Shown in pieces: positions 11,055-22,292 of a stretch of DNA of 64,000 nt. Position numbers and translations under genes: made by a program. The number at the start of each line of letters is the position of its first letter. Position 1 is the first letter of the stretch. The DNA comes from Trypanosoma brucei (Eukaryota). The notes under the pieces were generated by a model, which saw nothing but the letters and a program-made list of their open reading frames with translations, did not search any database and was not told the DNA's origin. Where the stretch lies: assembly GCA_000002445.1 (NCBI GenBank), contig CM000207.1:1376001-1440000 (forward strand), read 5' to 3'.

Positions 11055-12338
11055 TCATTTCCGTTTCTTATTTTCCTCCTTAATGGCATCGAGCCGTTGG
11101 GCGAGTGGTGGATGAGAGTAGTGCAGCGCAGCGAAGAGCGGATCGGGTGTAAGCAAGTTCTTATTCTCCTTGTGTATAACCATCAGTCCTCTTATAAGCG
11201 GTTCACCATACCCAGAACTAACGGCGTACCGATCCGCCTGGAACTCAAATTGACGAGTCACGAGTGACACAAGATAACCCAGGAGTGTGTTAATGGGCTC
11301 CAAAAACACTTGGCTGAACAGCTCGAAACCAATGAGCGGATTGGCATCGCTGAACCCAAACTGCTTGTACAAGTCAGTGTTGAAAATTACGGCCTTTGCG
11401 CCGTATGATATACACCACGTTTGAGCAACCATAAAACCGAAGAAGAATTTGTCGTGGGAGTTCTTCCAGTGGCCGAGCTCGTGGCAAAGAACGGCAAGCA
11501 GCGCGTCGTGATCATCCTTCGTCTGCTCAACGATCGTATCATACAAAACAATGTGCTTCGACCAAAAACCATAGAAGTACGCGTTGCTGTGACCCGAGCG
11601 CCGCGAACCATCAACTTCGTATAGTTTCTTCAAAGGAAACTTGTGCTTTTCAGCGAGTGCATATATCTTCTTCCCCAACTCACCGTCCTTCGGTATCGGC
11701 GTGTACGTGTTGAATAGGGGCTGGATGAAAGTGGGGTAAACGAAGGTGAAAATGGTGATCAGGCCCGTCGCACCGAGGAAAAAGTAAAATGGGAAATCCT
11801 CGCCGAACAGTTCCACCACCTTGAGGATGAGCCCACTGGTCAGAACGTGCAACAGAGTCAGGCGAAGCAGAAAATACTTGGCAACGTCCAGAAAGAATTC
11901 CTTGCGCGTCATTTTGTTGAACCCATGTTTCTCCTCGATCACAAATGTTGAGTAGTATTCAAAAGGAAGGCTTATGAGTGTCGTTAGCACATCCGTTGCG
12001 ACGGCGTAAACGTAGCAATGTGAAAAGGAGCCCGTAGCCCCTGGTAATAGTTGGCCAAGGGATCCGTACAACTTGGCGGGCAGTTTTGCCAGCAGGGAGA
12101 CGTTGCTTATGACAATGTCCTTTACGTGCAACAAGATTGAAAAGCTGAGTTTCTCCCTTTCGTACTCCTGAGTGGTACGGAACTCCTTCTCTTCCACGAC
12201 GCCGACAAGGTGTTCAGGCATCTTTGCATTCGCGTATGCTTTACGCTGCCGGCGTTGAAGGTAAAGGTCCCACAGCGCCAGCGCATTGAGGCCGATCAGC
12301 GCCGTACCGTAAAATGTCATCCCACCCCACGCAACCAT
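11055..12338 (-). CDS. STE24: CAAX prenyl protease 1 (STE24/ZMPSTE24, M48 zinc metalloprotease), 427 aa
   Basis: ATG confirmed at 12336-12338. HExxH zincin motif LCHELGHW; multi-TM N-terminal half; length and layout typical of Ste24. The C-terminal …HYSHPPLAQRLDAI… is the conserved M48 tail. Confidence 0.88.
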   Translation of the reverse strand: MVAWGGMTFYGTALIGLNALALWDLYLQRRQRKAYANAKMPEHLVGVVEEKEFRTTQEYEREKLSFSILLHVKDIVISNVSLLAKLPAKLYGSLGQLLPGATGSFSHCYVYAVATDVLTTLISLPFEYYSTFVIEEKHGFNKMTRKEFFLDVAKYFLLRLTLLHVLTSGLILKVVELFGEDFPFYFFLGATGLITIFTFVYPTFIQPLFNTYTPIPKDGELGKKIYALAEKHKFPLKKLYEVDGSRRSGHSNAYFYGFWSKHIVLYDTIVEQTKDDHDALLAVLCHELGHWKNSHDKFFFGFMVAQTWCISYGAKAVIFNTDLYKQFGFSDANPLIGFELFSQVFLEPINTLLGYLVSLVTRQFEFQADRYAVSSGYGEPLIRGLMVIHKENKNLLTPDPLFAALHYSHPPLAQRLDAIKEENKKRK

Positions 12339-13447
12339 CTTTTATTATCTTTTATTTTTTCGTTCACAGCCTTTAACTTTCCGCCAGTTTCTTCCCTCTT
12401 TGTTCCACTGCAAGTCGGAAACCCTTTGTCAAAGTCTGATAGTTTGGGAAGAAAGGGTAATAATGACATAAAAGCAAAGGTGAGGAAATCAGAAAAATGA
12501 CCAATCAGTCGCATCACTGGAAACGGTGTCGATGGCTATGGAGAGGGAGAGTTTGTATTTGTGTGGAAATGTGCCAATTATGAGTAGAAGCTACAATGGG
12601 TGCGTTTCAGCATTTCCTGCACGGAATAACTCACTGGATTTGTCGACATAAGCCCACATACCGAGAAATCGGAAGTGAATTATGGATCCGACACGCCACG
12701 CATCAAAGACTTTCCTTAAAGAGTAACATAGTTATGGCAACGCCAGGGCACGAAAACGGTGCCGTCACGAAGTGGGAGCATCAAATGTTACTAACCACCC
12801 GCCACGACACCGTTAACAACCCTGTCGGCGCGCCGTGTGTTTATGTGTGCGTGCGTGCGTGCAAGAACAAAAAGGATGGAAGGTTTCCGCCATGCAGACC
12901 CCTTCCCTCCTCCAACCAATAGCGGGGCCACTGACGGAAAAACCGCTACAAGGGAATATTGATATTTGGTGTTACCACATGCGTTAGCACCCTCCCACCG
13001 CATGTATTACACAATCCCCTTACCGCGCATGCCGCCGCCGCCCCTCATGTATGTTGTTTCACTTCCCCATAGCCACCGCTACATATGTGTACTTGTATAC
13101 ATATTCGTTAACAAACATTCTCGTCTTGGGATAGCACCACGACAAAAAAAGGGAAGAACAATGGCACATATACCTTCGTTGGCGAGCCCGCATCTATGTG
13201 CAAGACATGCGGGGGTGTGAGAACGGTGACAGATACAATCACTGCAATGTGAAACCTTGATAGGTACAATAATTCTGTACATCCTTCGCCGAAGCTTCGT
13301 CTAAAAACCACCACCCCCGCCACGAGAATGGCCCGACTATAACAACGTGGGCACACCTCGCAGACGCTTAGGGAGGAGGCGTTAAAACACAATCACTTCT
13401 AACTCTCACGTTCATAGTTTACTTCTGTACAAAAACTACCTAATCAT

Positions 13448-14485
13448 TTACATTTCCTGCCGCATTTTTTTTGTCAACCGCGCAACCTCAGGTGATGTGT
13501 CGGGATGGTTGTCAACACGGTACCCTTCGAATCTCAGGTGAAGGTCAGCACCGTGCTTGATCAGTGCGCGTGCAAGTGAGACGTCCTCAATTGCCATGAA
13601 GAGCGGTGGTCGTCCGTCGCTCTCACGGGGTTGGTTCGGGTCGGCGCCGCACTCGAGCAAAGATATTGCGGCTTTGGGCTTCTCAACGGAGCAAGCGTAT
13701 TGAAGGGGTGTCATTCCGGGGACAATCGCCCTTGCAATGTCATATTCGCCACTAACTATGAGGTGCTTGATGGTATCCACGTCCTCGTTCAGAAGTGCCT
13801 CTTTCATCTTCTGCGCCGCCAGTGCCAGTGGGGCCTCATCGATGGCTCTGTTCAACTCCACAGAACGGTGGAACCACTTACCTGAAAGGGCTTCGTCTTC
13901 GTCCAGGTCAGTCTCACTGTCGCTATCGCGACCCTCCGCGCGCCGCCGTTGACGCTTTGCCTCTTGAGCCTCACGGAACCTCGCCTCGCTCGGGAGACGG
14001 AGGGACCACTTACCCGACCCATCGGCACGGCGCACGGCTATGCTGTTCTTTAGGATCAGAGGGGGGAATGGGATATCAACATTTTGATCAATGTCGAATG
14101 CCTTTTCAACGCAGAAGATCAATCTGAAGAACTCCCTTCTTGGATACTTTTTTGGTTCCGGTTTAAGGCAGAAGACCATGAGCGCTATATCGCGGAAGGC
14201 CTGCTGTCCAACCCCCCCGCAGTTCATGATGAGCACCCAGTCGCCGTTGTTGGAGCCTATTTCGATGTAGCCCAACGTGTGTTCAACGTCTTGCGTCGTT
14301 GCGAAGTCAAAGTACCAAACAGCGCTATCCGTTTCCCTGGCAATTTTGCACAGAGACAGATACGGATCCCCATCTTCCCCGAAGAGGATAACGGGTGTGC
14401 GGCAGTCGGCGTTCTTCATTCCTCTTTGCACATGCTCGAGTGGGACGAAATCGGGAGGAATCTCCACCACACCACCTTGTGCCAT
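13448..14485 (-). CDS. Conserved hypothetical protein with C-terminal ankyrin repeats (345 aa)
   Basis: ATG at 14483-14485. The C-terminal third has ankyrin-type repeats (…TPLQYACSVEKPKAAISLLECGADPNQ…GRPPLFMAIEDVSLARALIKHGADLHL…). An acidic, serine-rich linker (RDSDSETDLDEDE) and an N-terminal domain of unknown function precede them. Confidence 0.6.
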   Translation of the reverse strand: MAQGGVVEIPPDFVPLEHVQRGMKNADCRTPVILFGEDGDPYLSLCKIARETDSAVWYFDFATTQDVEHTLGYIEIGSNNGDWVLIMNCGGVGQQAFRDIALMVFCLKPEPKKYPRREFFRLIFCVEKAFDIDQNVDIPFPPLILKNSIAVRRADGSGKWSLRLPSEARFREAQEAKRQRRRAEGRDSDSETDLDEDEALSGKWFHRSVELNRAIDEAPLALAAQKMKEALLNEDVDTIKHLIVSGEYDIARAIVPGMTPLQYACSVEKPKAAISLLECGADPNQPRESDGRPPLFMAIEDVSLARALIKHGADLHLRFEGYRVDNHPDTSPEVARLTKKMRQEM

Positions 14486-14939
14486 TGTAAAATCCCAAAC
14501 GTTCTCTTCTTTTTCTTCCTGCTTTGGAATACCTTTTTAGTTCTGAAGAGCTTTAAACAACAACAACAACAACAAAATAAAAAATATATGCGCTAAAAGG
14601 ATCGGTTTTGTAGAAGGAATTCACGGAAGGGATGCGGATACACTCAGCGACGGAAAGGAAAGAGTAGCAGTTGAAATGATTGAACATGTGAGGGAAAACT
14701 GGGCAATTTCACGTAAGAATACACCTCAACTGCAACCCTAATAAATCCCAGAAGCAACTTCCCGCTCGTAAACACACATATTTGAAACCGACATACAATG
14801 GTCCAGTGTTGGGTGGGTAGCGCGTTCCTCTGAGACGCGTGAAACAAACATTAAAATTGTTCACCTGAAGGCCCAGATTTCTCGTCACATGTATCCCTCT
14901 TCCGCCATTCACACCCTTTGGTACACAGACACATCCGTA

Positions 14940-16010
14940 CTAGAGTGGTGCGCGCAAGCGGAGTGACTTCCTTCGGAGACTTGCTATGTCCTTCACGCCG
15001 CAAGCAAACATGGCGACGACGAGTTCCCTTCTGAGGCGCTGGATCACCTTGCGCACCGCTTCAGGACCCTCCAATGCAGCTTTGAGAAACGGAAGGGCGG
15101 CCGTCGCGCACTCCGCTCCCATCATAAGTGACTTTGCGATGTCGAGACCGGTGCGAATGCCCCCGCCTGCGATAAGATGGAGTCCGCCCTTCTTTGCGAG
15201 GGGCGCGCACTCCGTCAAGCATTGGTCCGTAGTCACGCCTACATCACGGAATATGAAGCCGAGGTTTTCCTCCTCCACTGTGTAGGGGTGCCGCCTTCCT
15301 TCAATCCATGCCCAAGAGGTACCACCACAACCCGAAACGTCAATATACTTCACACCGGCACGCTGAAGGGCGACAACGCTTTCATAGTCGATTCCGTGCC
15401 CAACTCCCTTAACGATCACCGGTACTTTAACTTGGGGAAGGAGGGCCTTTAGCTTTTCCAGAAGATTCTCAAAATTAGTATCCCCCTCGGGTTGACATGC
15501 CTCCTGTGTGTGATTAAGGTGAATGAAGAGTCCATCCGCCTTTACGCATTCGATAAGCCTGTTGACATCAGCGGCACCGAAGCCGTAGTTTAACTGCACG
15601 AGTCCAATGTTCGCGAACATTTGAACGGAGGGGCAGAACTGCTTGACGTCAAATGTGTGAACCGCCGCGGGGTATCGATTAACAACGCGCATGCTTCCAA
15701 CTCCAAAAGGAATGCCCTCTGCTTCACAAGCTTGCGCCAAACTCATATTTATAGTCCGACCGTGCGACTCACCACCAGTCATAGAGGAAATAATGAAGGG
15801 AAAGGAGAGACTCCGCCCCATGAAGGAGCAGCGTGTGTCGATGTTTGCCATGTTGATCTCAGGAAGTGCGGTGTATGGTACAACATACTTGTCCCATATC
15901 GAGCGCCCATTCTTGTAGGGTTCGACATTCCTCTTGAGGCAGATATTTATATGGTCCTTTTTGCGGTCCATAACTGCAGCTTCCTTGTCTGCATTCCTTG
16001 ACTCGGACAT
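14940..16010 (-). CDS. IDI: Isopentenyl-diphosphate delta-isomerase, type 2 (FMN-dependent, IDI-2), 356 aa
   Basis: ATG at 16008-16010. Motifs of the type-2 (TIM-barrel, FMN) enzyme: …[13 protein letters not shown]…, …[42 protein letters not shown]…, …[20 protein letters not shown]…. Confidence 0.85.
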   Translation of the reverse strand: MSESRNADKEAAVMDRKKDHINICLKRNVEPYKNGRSIWDKYVVPYTALPEINMANIDTRCSFMGRSLSFPFIISSMTGGESHGRTINMSLAQACEAEGIPFGVGSMRVVNRYPAAVHTFDVKQFCPSVQMFANIGLVQLNYGFGAADVNRLIECVKADGLFIHLNHTQEACQPEGDTNFENLLEKLKALLPQVKVPVIVKGVGHGIDYESVVALQRAGVKYIDVSGCGGTSWAWIEGRRHPYTVEEENLGFIFRDVGVTTDQCLTECAPLAKKGGLHLIAGGGIRTGLDIAKSLMMGAECATAALPFLKAALEGPEAVRKVIQRLRRELVVAMFACGVKDIASLRRKSLRLRAPL

Positions 16011-16328
16011 CTTTGCTTCACCTGTTTCTTTCTTTTAAACTTGTGCTGCCAAATAGGTGAAGAAAGAGTAATTGCGACGGCAGCGGCTACCCCGAATGTG
16101 CACACACGCGCATTTTTTTTTTTTTACACAGTCCCACCAATGTGACGTGTGACAAGCAAAAGGTGAAGTAAAATTCGTAGTGGGCCCAAATTTTCAAACG
16201 CCAACACTACATGAATGAATGCCCGTGGGTTATAATCGAAAAGTCATAGTGATACTCCTCTCTGTTTGATGATCCCACTGTTTTCTTGTCTTCCCCATCC
16301 CCACTAGCTTAAATTTTGGAGCACCAAA

Positions 16329-18086
16329 CTAGGCGTCGCGGCGCGTTCCAAGGTATTTTATGTATTCATTAACGCATTCACACAAGGTCTCCGCAACGAC
16401 GATCTCAGTTAGCCCATCGTCCTGCTGCTGGCTGTGATCATCAGACTTTTTTACACGCTTCGTTTCTTTGTCAAACGACCAGTTCGCCGGCACTGGGTAC
16501 TTTATCATTTCAAAGAAGCGCTTGAACTCCCCCTTCGCCTTTTCGCCAGTGCCGTCTAGCCAAAATTCACAATCACCCGTCGGCGTCTTCACATTTACCG
16601 GGGGGAAACCGAGGCATGAAGCAATAAAGCGCAGTGACACATTCCCCCGAATACCGCTAAGCAGCTCTCTCAGCCACCGGAGACGGCATTTTGGAAGAAA
16701 AATCTTTACCAACGAATGCATTCCGTGTGGAAAATGGGGAAGAGTGCGCGCTATCGTGAAACAGTCTCCTTCTTCGCATGCCCCACAGAGCTTCAGAGTG
16801 TTGCGAACATCCTTCTTCCTAACCCGCGGCCCCGAGCTCTTTTGCGCCTGCTCACGCCTCGATAAGGTTGTGGTGGTGTAGTGGATTAACTCCGTGGCTA
16901 GAGCATCAAACTGACCACCGAGTGCGAGGTAAGCAAGTCGATAGCAAAAGAACTCGGATACAGAGTCACCCACACAATCTGGGGCGTCTTCGTACATCTT
17001 TTTTAACGAAGCTTGACACTGGTTAAACTCCCCAATGTCACCCAGCTCCAATGAAATGAGGGCATGCTTTTCGTACACCTCGATGGCGAACTCGTCCACA
17101 ATGTTTTGCACGCAAAGATCTTGCCGCATTCCCTTTAGTTGGTCACTCAGATAACGGTAAGCCTTGAGGGGATCCGGGTACTTTTCCTTGTCGTTTGCTT
17201 TCGCTTTTATGAACCTAAATGCATCCACGAGCACTTCCCGTGGGCGGATATCATCAGCCGCGGGTTCGTACCTCGAGTAAAGTCTTTCAAGTTCCTGTGA
17301 CTTCCCAACAAACTGCCGCTTCGGCTGTGTTACTTCATCAAGTACAATCATTTCTTGTAAGAATCGGTTAGTGCTCGCCCTCGCTTCCGCCGTTGGCCCC
17401 TCGTCAGACTCCGCTTTGTGTGCGCCGTTTTCTGAACGACGCACCTTCGCATTTGGGGGACAGTCTAAGTGATCTCTTGTGGTTTTTCCACCCAAGACAC
17501 TGTCCCTGGCCGTTTCCATCGGTTTAGAGACGGGACCCCCGTAGGATGCTAAGGATGATTGAGTGTGTGGTTGCTGAAGCTGCTTGCGGCATAGAGCCTG
17601 AAGTTCCTGAATAATTTTAATTACCTCCAGAGGGGTCACCGCCTCGTAGGTGCGCGTACCGGCCATGACATCCATATCAAGTCTTTCAAACGCTTGATTA
17701 AGTAAAGGATGGAGTGGCTGAGGGATCCGTCGCATACACTCTCCGTACAACTCGGTGCGATGATGAGAAGTCACTGCTCTCACTGACAGTCTTGGTGGTT
17801 CATTACCGCCACCACGAAGCATCGTCGGCCTCCTGTCTTCAGCGTCAGGCGGCATGACTAGCGATACAGTGGCCCAGTCGACTGCAGAGACACCGCCGTG
17901 AATGCGCATCACGTCTTCAACAAGGGCAATCACCCAACGCTCGTAACGCTGCCGCTGTGCTTCGTCACCCTTCGTTTTGGCAACGTGCGCGGCATTTCGA
18001 ACCCATTCGTTGAACGAATCTGTCACTGAGACACCGCGTGATGTAAAAAAAAAAGTAGAGAGGCAACTACCGTCCTTCGTCTTCAT
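16329..18086 (-). CDS. SAC3/GANP-family (PCI-associated) domain protein, 586 aa from the first ATG
   Basis: The ORF-track start at 18125 is a TTG; the first ATG is at 18084-18086 (MKTKDGSCL…). The central region (…YLSDQLKGMRQDLCVQNIVDEFAIEVYEKHALISLELGDIGEFNQCQASLKKMYED…FFCYRLAYLALGG…) resembles the SAC3/GANP/Csn12 helical domain. The N-terminus is low-complexity. Confidence 0.5.
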   Translation of the reverse strand: MKTKDGSCLSTFFFTSRGVSVTDSFNEWVRNAAHVAKTKGDEAQRQRYERWVIALVEDVMRIHGGVSAVDWATVSLVMPPDAEDRRPTMLRGGGNEPPRLSVRAVTSHHRTELYGECMRRIPQPLHPLLNQAFERLDMDVMAGTRTYEAVTPLEVIKIIQELQALCRKQLQQPHTQSSLASYGGPVSKPMETARDSVLGGKTTRDHLDCPPNAKVRRSENGAHKAESDEGPTAEARASTNRFLQEMIVLDEVTQPKRQFVGKSQELERLYSRYEPAADDIRPREVLVDAFRFIKAKANDKEKYPDPLKAYRYLSDQLKGMRQDLCVQNIVDEFAIEVYEKHALISLELGDIGEFNQCQASLKKMYEDAPDCVGDSVSEFFCYRLAYLALGGQFDALATELIHYTTTTLSRREQAQKSSGPRVRKKDVRNTLKLCGACEEGDCFTIARTLPHFPHGMHSLVKIFLPKCRLRWLRELLSGIRGNVSLRFIASCLGFPPVNVKTPTGDCEFWLDGTGEKAKGEFKRFFEMIKYPVPANWSFDKETKRVKKSDDHSQQQDDGLTEIVVAETLCECVNEYIKYLGTRRDA

Positions 18087-18350
18087 TTTCCATATGCTGA
18101 CTACCTGCTTCTTCCTTCTCCCCAACCTTTCCTTTGTATCTTATGCAATAAAATACTTATCATAACAAGGAAGGAAGGAAAAGGGCAAAAACAGAACAAC
18201 ACTTGTTAGAAATTGCGTGTTGCAGCAACAGCACAGCACATTACAGCAACAGGCCGCAAAAGAACAATGGACAAGTTTTGCGCTTGACAATTGTAGCACC
18301 GCCTCCTGCGGGATGCAAGTTAAATCGTGACCTGGCAAATGAGCTCGAGT

Positions 18351-19475
18351 TTATTCGTTAGACGTTTTAACCACTATTTGAAGAACGTCCTCGTCTGCCA
18401 GTTGATGTTGTATTCCCACACGCTGCGGTTGGTGCTTTGAGCTAGTACCCCAGACAAGGGCGTACTTAAACCGTGAGACAATGTCCTTATGAATTCGCCT
18501 GCATATATGACCTACGGTTGCGTCCCTTTTGACCACGAACGGTTTTGTAAAGTCGGGGTGGCTACCGTGCTTCTTCGTGTAAATACGGATGATGTTAAGA
18601 TGCTCCCAAATTTCGTCAATGACCTCGTCTACATTTAAGTCCCAGTGAAGTGAAAGTACCACTGAGTGGGGCAGTCGACTAAGCCGGTCCATCTCCTCCA
18701 TTGTAATGGTATCTATTTTATTGTATATGTAGAGACAGGGCATGTACTTTCTGTTTCCCTCAATAACATCAATGAACTGGTCAATTGTTATATCTTCCCG
18801 TATAATGACGTCCGCGTTGTGAATACCATAATCCTTCAGAATGTCCTTCGCTAATCCTTCAGACATACCTTTCGTTAGTTTTACGGTTGATGTAAAGCCA
18901 ATTGCATTCATGCTGCATGAGGGTTTCTTCTTGAACGTCACGTCCGGGAAACTTTGATTAAGACGGATACCAACCGTCTCCAACTCCGCTTCAATTTTTC
19001 CCCGCTGTGCCTCCGCCCTAGCGGCATCTAACATTAAGATGATCATATCGGCAGTTCGAGCCGTTGCAATGACTTGTCTCCCACGACCCTTACCCTCCGC
19101 AGCCCCCTCAATGATACCGGGTAAGTCCAAAATCTGTATTTCGGTTCCCCTGTGCATTAGTTTCCCTGGAATACATGTGAGTGTCGTAAATTCATAACCC
19201 GCCGCCGTACTTTCTGTTGTTGTAACGCGTGAGAGAAAAGACGACTTGCCAACGGATGGAAAACCCACGAGAGCACACCGAACGTCGCCGCTCCGCCGAA
19301 CTTCAAAACCATCACCACCACGTGCCCCTGCGGCCCTTGTGGCGTTTTCCATCATTTCCGTTTTTATCCTCGCCAGTTGGCCCTTCAAACGACCAATGTG
19401 GTATTCTGTCTTCTTGTTCTTTTGTGTGCGGGCAATCTCCTCTTCGATCGCCTTCCGGCGTTCAAGTAAGCCCAT
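18351..19475 (-). CDS. DRG: Developmentally regulated GTP-binding protein (DRG, Obg-family GTPase with TGS domain), 374 aa
   Basis: The ORF-track start at 19493 is a GTG; the ATG at 19473-19475 gives MGLLERRKAIEEEIARTQKNKKTEYHIGRLK…, matching the DRG N-terminus (human …IAEIEAEMARTQKNKAT…). G1 is GFPSVGKSS, G3 is DLPGIIEGA, and the C-terminus has a TGS domain. Confidence 0.9.
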   Translation of the reverse strand: MGLLERRKAIEEEIARTQKNKKTEYHIGRLKGQLARIKTEMMENATRAAGARGGDGFEVRRSGDVRCALVGFPSVGKSSFLSRVTTTESTAAGYEFTTLTCIPGKLMHRGTEIQILDLPGIIEGAAEGKGRGRQVIATARTADMIILMLDAARAEAQRGKIEAELETVGIRLNQSFPDVTFKKKPSCSMNAIGFTSTVKLTKGMSEGLAKDILKDYGIHNADVIIREDITIDQFIDVIEGNRKYMPCLYIYNKIDTITMEEMDRLSRLPHSVVLSLHWDLNVDEVIDEIWEHLNIIRIYTKKHGSHPDFTKPFVVKRDATVGHICRRIHKDIVSRFKYALVWGTSSKHQPQRVGIQHQLADEDVLQIVVKTSNE

Positions 19476-20167
19476 CGCTGCTGTTGCGCCCACTTTTCGA
19501 GTCTGTTACCAAAACCGTAAAGGTATATGTAAAAATGCGAAAGGGTAAAACATAAATTGGTGTATGGCAGTAGATGGGGAAAGTAGAGCAAGAGACATGT
19601 CGAACGAGTAGTAAGTCATTTGGTCGTTCCAAAAAAAAAAAAAAACAAAACAAACGAGCCTCACATGCATGCGAGCAGTAAATGCACATATATATATATA
19701 TATGCATGTATATATATAGCGGTTTTACGCCGCGCTCCTAAAACCCTGAATTATGGATTTACGGCGGGGGAACACGGTAAAAAATGGGTCAAGTACATCC
19801 TTCAGGATTAAGGGCACGCAACTCATGCACAACACGCTCTAAAAAGATGCAAGGAATACGCACAAGTATAGATGGAGAGACGGGTTTATCGACGAATACG
19901 GGCCGAAGGGCACAGTCAGACAGTCACGCAAATGACCTCGTAACGCAGCGTGTCGCCCCGCGCATCTTTCGGATTTTTCCAGTTTGGAGATGGGTGTTGC
20001 TCCAGAGGCCACGTTCCACTGCCGGCTCCTTCTCCTCTCCTTCTTGCACCACTGCACGAATTTAAATTTTTTATTTACCACATATAAAACTGCTGAACCC
20101 ATTTTTCTTCTCGCCCTTTCCGACTACCCATGGAGCCCTAACGCCATTCCCTGCAACTGCAGTTATG

Positions 20168-21385
20168 TCAAGCCTTCACTCCGTCTTTTCCGGCCCCTGC
20201 CAACCCAATGGAGGCCGCTTCCACCCTCGACGAAGTAAACCCCATGAAGCAGGGCCTTGGGGTAAACTTATGCTTGGTGGCTGCTCTAGCTATTACCTCA
20301 TTCTCTAGGACTGCGGGCAGCCACTTATTGTCGATGATTCCTCGCAGTTCCTCCGCGGACGTGGCGGTCATCCGTTCCCGCCTCACTGGTGACCACGTCA
20401 TGTACGGCGTATGCCTCACATTAGCGCCCATGGCACGATGGTCTTCTAAAAGCGCAAACAATATCAAAGCAAAGTGAGCCAACCCCTCTTCCTTTGGTAA
20501 GATGCCACGTGTCGCCGTAGCGCAGGGTCTTTTCACGCCGAGGGCAAGACTCGTAATGGAAGCCTTGTTGCCGGCCCACGGTTGCGTGCCATGGGAATCA
20601 CAGAGGCAAAGTGTCCACGCCTCAACATAGGGACTGTCGTCCCTGTTGCGTGTATCGTGCGGAAGCGAGAAAATGGACACCGTATAATCGCCTGATGCGA
20701 TAACATAACCACAAACAGGGTTAGATTCGTTCGTCCTACGGCTTCGTTTCAGGTACGGTCGGCACAACTGATCTACCAGACTTTTCGCCCTCTCGTACTG
20801 ATTGTAGAAGAGGACTTCAAACTCATCACTATTAACGCGGCTCGGGAAGAATTCGTGAAGCCGTAGACAGGCGTTCAAGTCACTAATAGTTGGTCGGGCT
20901 TTTTGCTGCGGCCATGCGGGGGCGGAGAGTTGGTGTAACCATGCAGATATGTATAACAGATAGTTAACTGTTGAGACATCCGAGCAGTCTTGCATCATAA
21001 CAGCAAACCCTAGGGAGGAAAGCGTAACTGCTGCCACAGTTGAGAAGGTTTGACAACAGTCACCTGTTAGCGGTGGTAGGAGATGTCTCGCTTTCCCCTC
21101 GAGGGCATCAAACTGTGAATAAGTGCCCCTAACGCAGAAAATAACGCCTGGAACGTAGAAGTCATACACGTTTCCTCTACGAACAGAAATCTCGTCAAGA
21201 CTAATATCGGTTAGATGTCCCTCCTTGCGCTTGCGGCGCTCCTCTTCGCGAAGTGCTCTGCGGCTCTTGCCATTTTTCTGCTCCCCGTTAACTTGGCAGT
21301 CGGCCGGAACGTTACTCGTCACCGGTTTTTTCCTATCCCCCACTCTAAAAGATTGGACGGACACGTCGGAGCCGTCTTCACTCAT
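20168..21385 (-). CDS. Conserved hypothetical protein (405 aa)
   Basis: ATG at 21383-21385. The N-terminus is basic and KR-rich (…RRALREEERRKRKEGH…). I recognised no domain with confidence. Confidence 0.65.
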   Translation of the reverse strand: MSEDGSDVSVQSFRVGDRKKPVTSNVPADCQVNGEQKNGKSRRALREEERRKRKEGHLTDISLDEISVRRGNVYDFYVPGVIFCVRGTYSQFDALEGKARHLLPPLTGDCCQTFSTVAAVTLSSLGFAVMMQDCSDVSTVNYLLYISAWLHQLSAPAWPQQKARPTISDLNACLRLHEFFPSRVNSDEFEVLFYNQYERAKSLVDQLCRPYLKRSRRTNESNPVCGYVIASGDYTVSIFSLPHDTRNRDDSPYVEAWTLCLCDSHGTQPWAGNKASITSLALGVKRPCATATRGILPKEEGLAHFALILFALLEDHRAMGANVRHTPYMTWSPVRRERMTATSAEELRGIIDNKWLPAVLENEVIARAATKHKFTPRPCFMGFTSSRVEAASIGLAGAGKDGVKA

Positions 21386-21719
21386 GTCATCCCTTTTTTA
21401 TCGTGTGTGTTTTGGGTGTTGGTAGAGGCATTTTATAGTAAACCGGAAGTGAAAACATATGGAGAAGCAAAGGAGGCGAAAACAAAACAAAAACAAGGTG
21501 AAGGTGGCAATTCCTCTCTCCTTTTTACCAACTGTGCACAATGGACGTGTGCAGGAACAAACCGGGAAATGACACCAGCAACAGATATGAGAAAGAACTC
21601 AGTCAAGCTCACACGTTGCGGTCCATGAGCGAGGCAATCGTGATAATGATAATGTGGGAGGGGGACATTCATAGTCTATTCTTCCTTGCTCATTTCCTTT
21701 TCTTGGTATTCTTTCAGTA

Positions 21720-22292
21720 TCACTTCTTGGAAAGAGTCTTTTGAACTCGCTCCATCAAACTCCTGCTGATATCCCCAGCACCTTCGGCAATTACAACAGC
21801 CGGGCTCGTCCAGTCCGGCTTCCCCTTCACAACCACGTCCTGGTTGAAACGAATTACACCAGCATCTTTGTCCCAGTGAATGTCTGGGTAAATACGTTCC
21901 AACTTGATTAAAGTGTCCAGTGCAGCGATCGGTGTTTTTTGGTCATCGGTCTGTAGAAGTTGATTACGTTTGTCTTTGGCGTTCCGCAGCTGTGAGCTCG
22001 CGTGTTTGAAGAGGGATCGATCACGTGCTGCCTGCATGGATGGCAGTCGCGCTTTCGCCTCCAACTGTGGTGGAAGCTTTTCCTCGTTGTCGCGAAGGGC
22101 AGTCACTTCCTTAATAAAGGGAGTTCGGATGATCTTAACATTTGGATTGCTGCCGGAGAATCCTTGAAAAAGAACAAGAAGCCCCTCGGATGAATTATAC
22201 GTGTAGACCGTACCATTCACGGTGGTATCATCAGCCAACGTCACGGAAACGCCCAAACCAATCAGCTGGGAGTCGTTGTTGCAGACAGGCAT
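21720..22292 (-). CDS. LSM12-like protein (Sm-like N-terminus plus AD/anticodon-binding-like domain), 190 aa
   Basis: ATG at 22290-22292. The N-terminal region GLGVSVTLADDTTVNGTVYTYNSSEGLLVLF…NVKIIRTPFIKEVTAL has Sm-fold-like spacing comparable with LSM12. A C-terminal region follows (…IYPDIHWDKDAGVIRFNQDVVVKGKPDW…). The assignment is tentative. Confidence 0.5.
   Translation of the reverse strand: MPVCNNDSQLIGLGVSVTLADDTTVNGTVYTYNSSEGLLVLFQGFSGSNPNVKIIRTPFIKEVTALRDNEEKLPPQLEAKARLPSMQAARDRSLFKHASSQLRNAKDKRNQLLQTDDQKTPIAALDTLIKLERIYPDIHWDKDAGVIRFNQDVVVKGKPDWTSPAVVIAEGAGDISRSLMERVQKTLSKK

Noticed and set aside
12338-13447. A possible extra small gene between STE24 and the ankyrin protein (ORFs 12596..12922+, 13108..13392-)
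   Set aside because: Both ORFs are short and lack a convincing upstream pyrimidine tract plus AG in the right orientation. Their composition is not protein-like (Cys/His-rich runs from GC-rich stretches). They are not reported.
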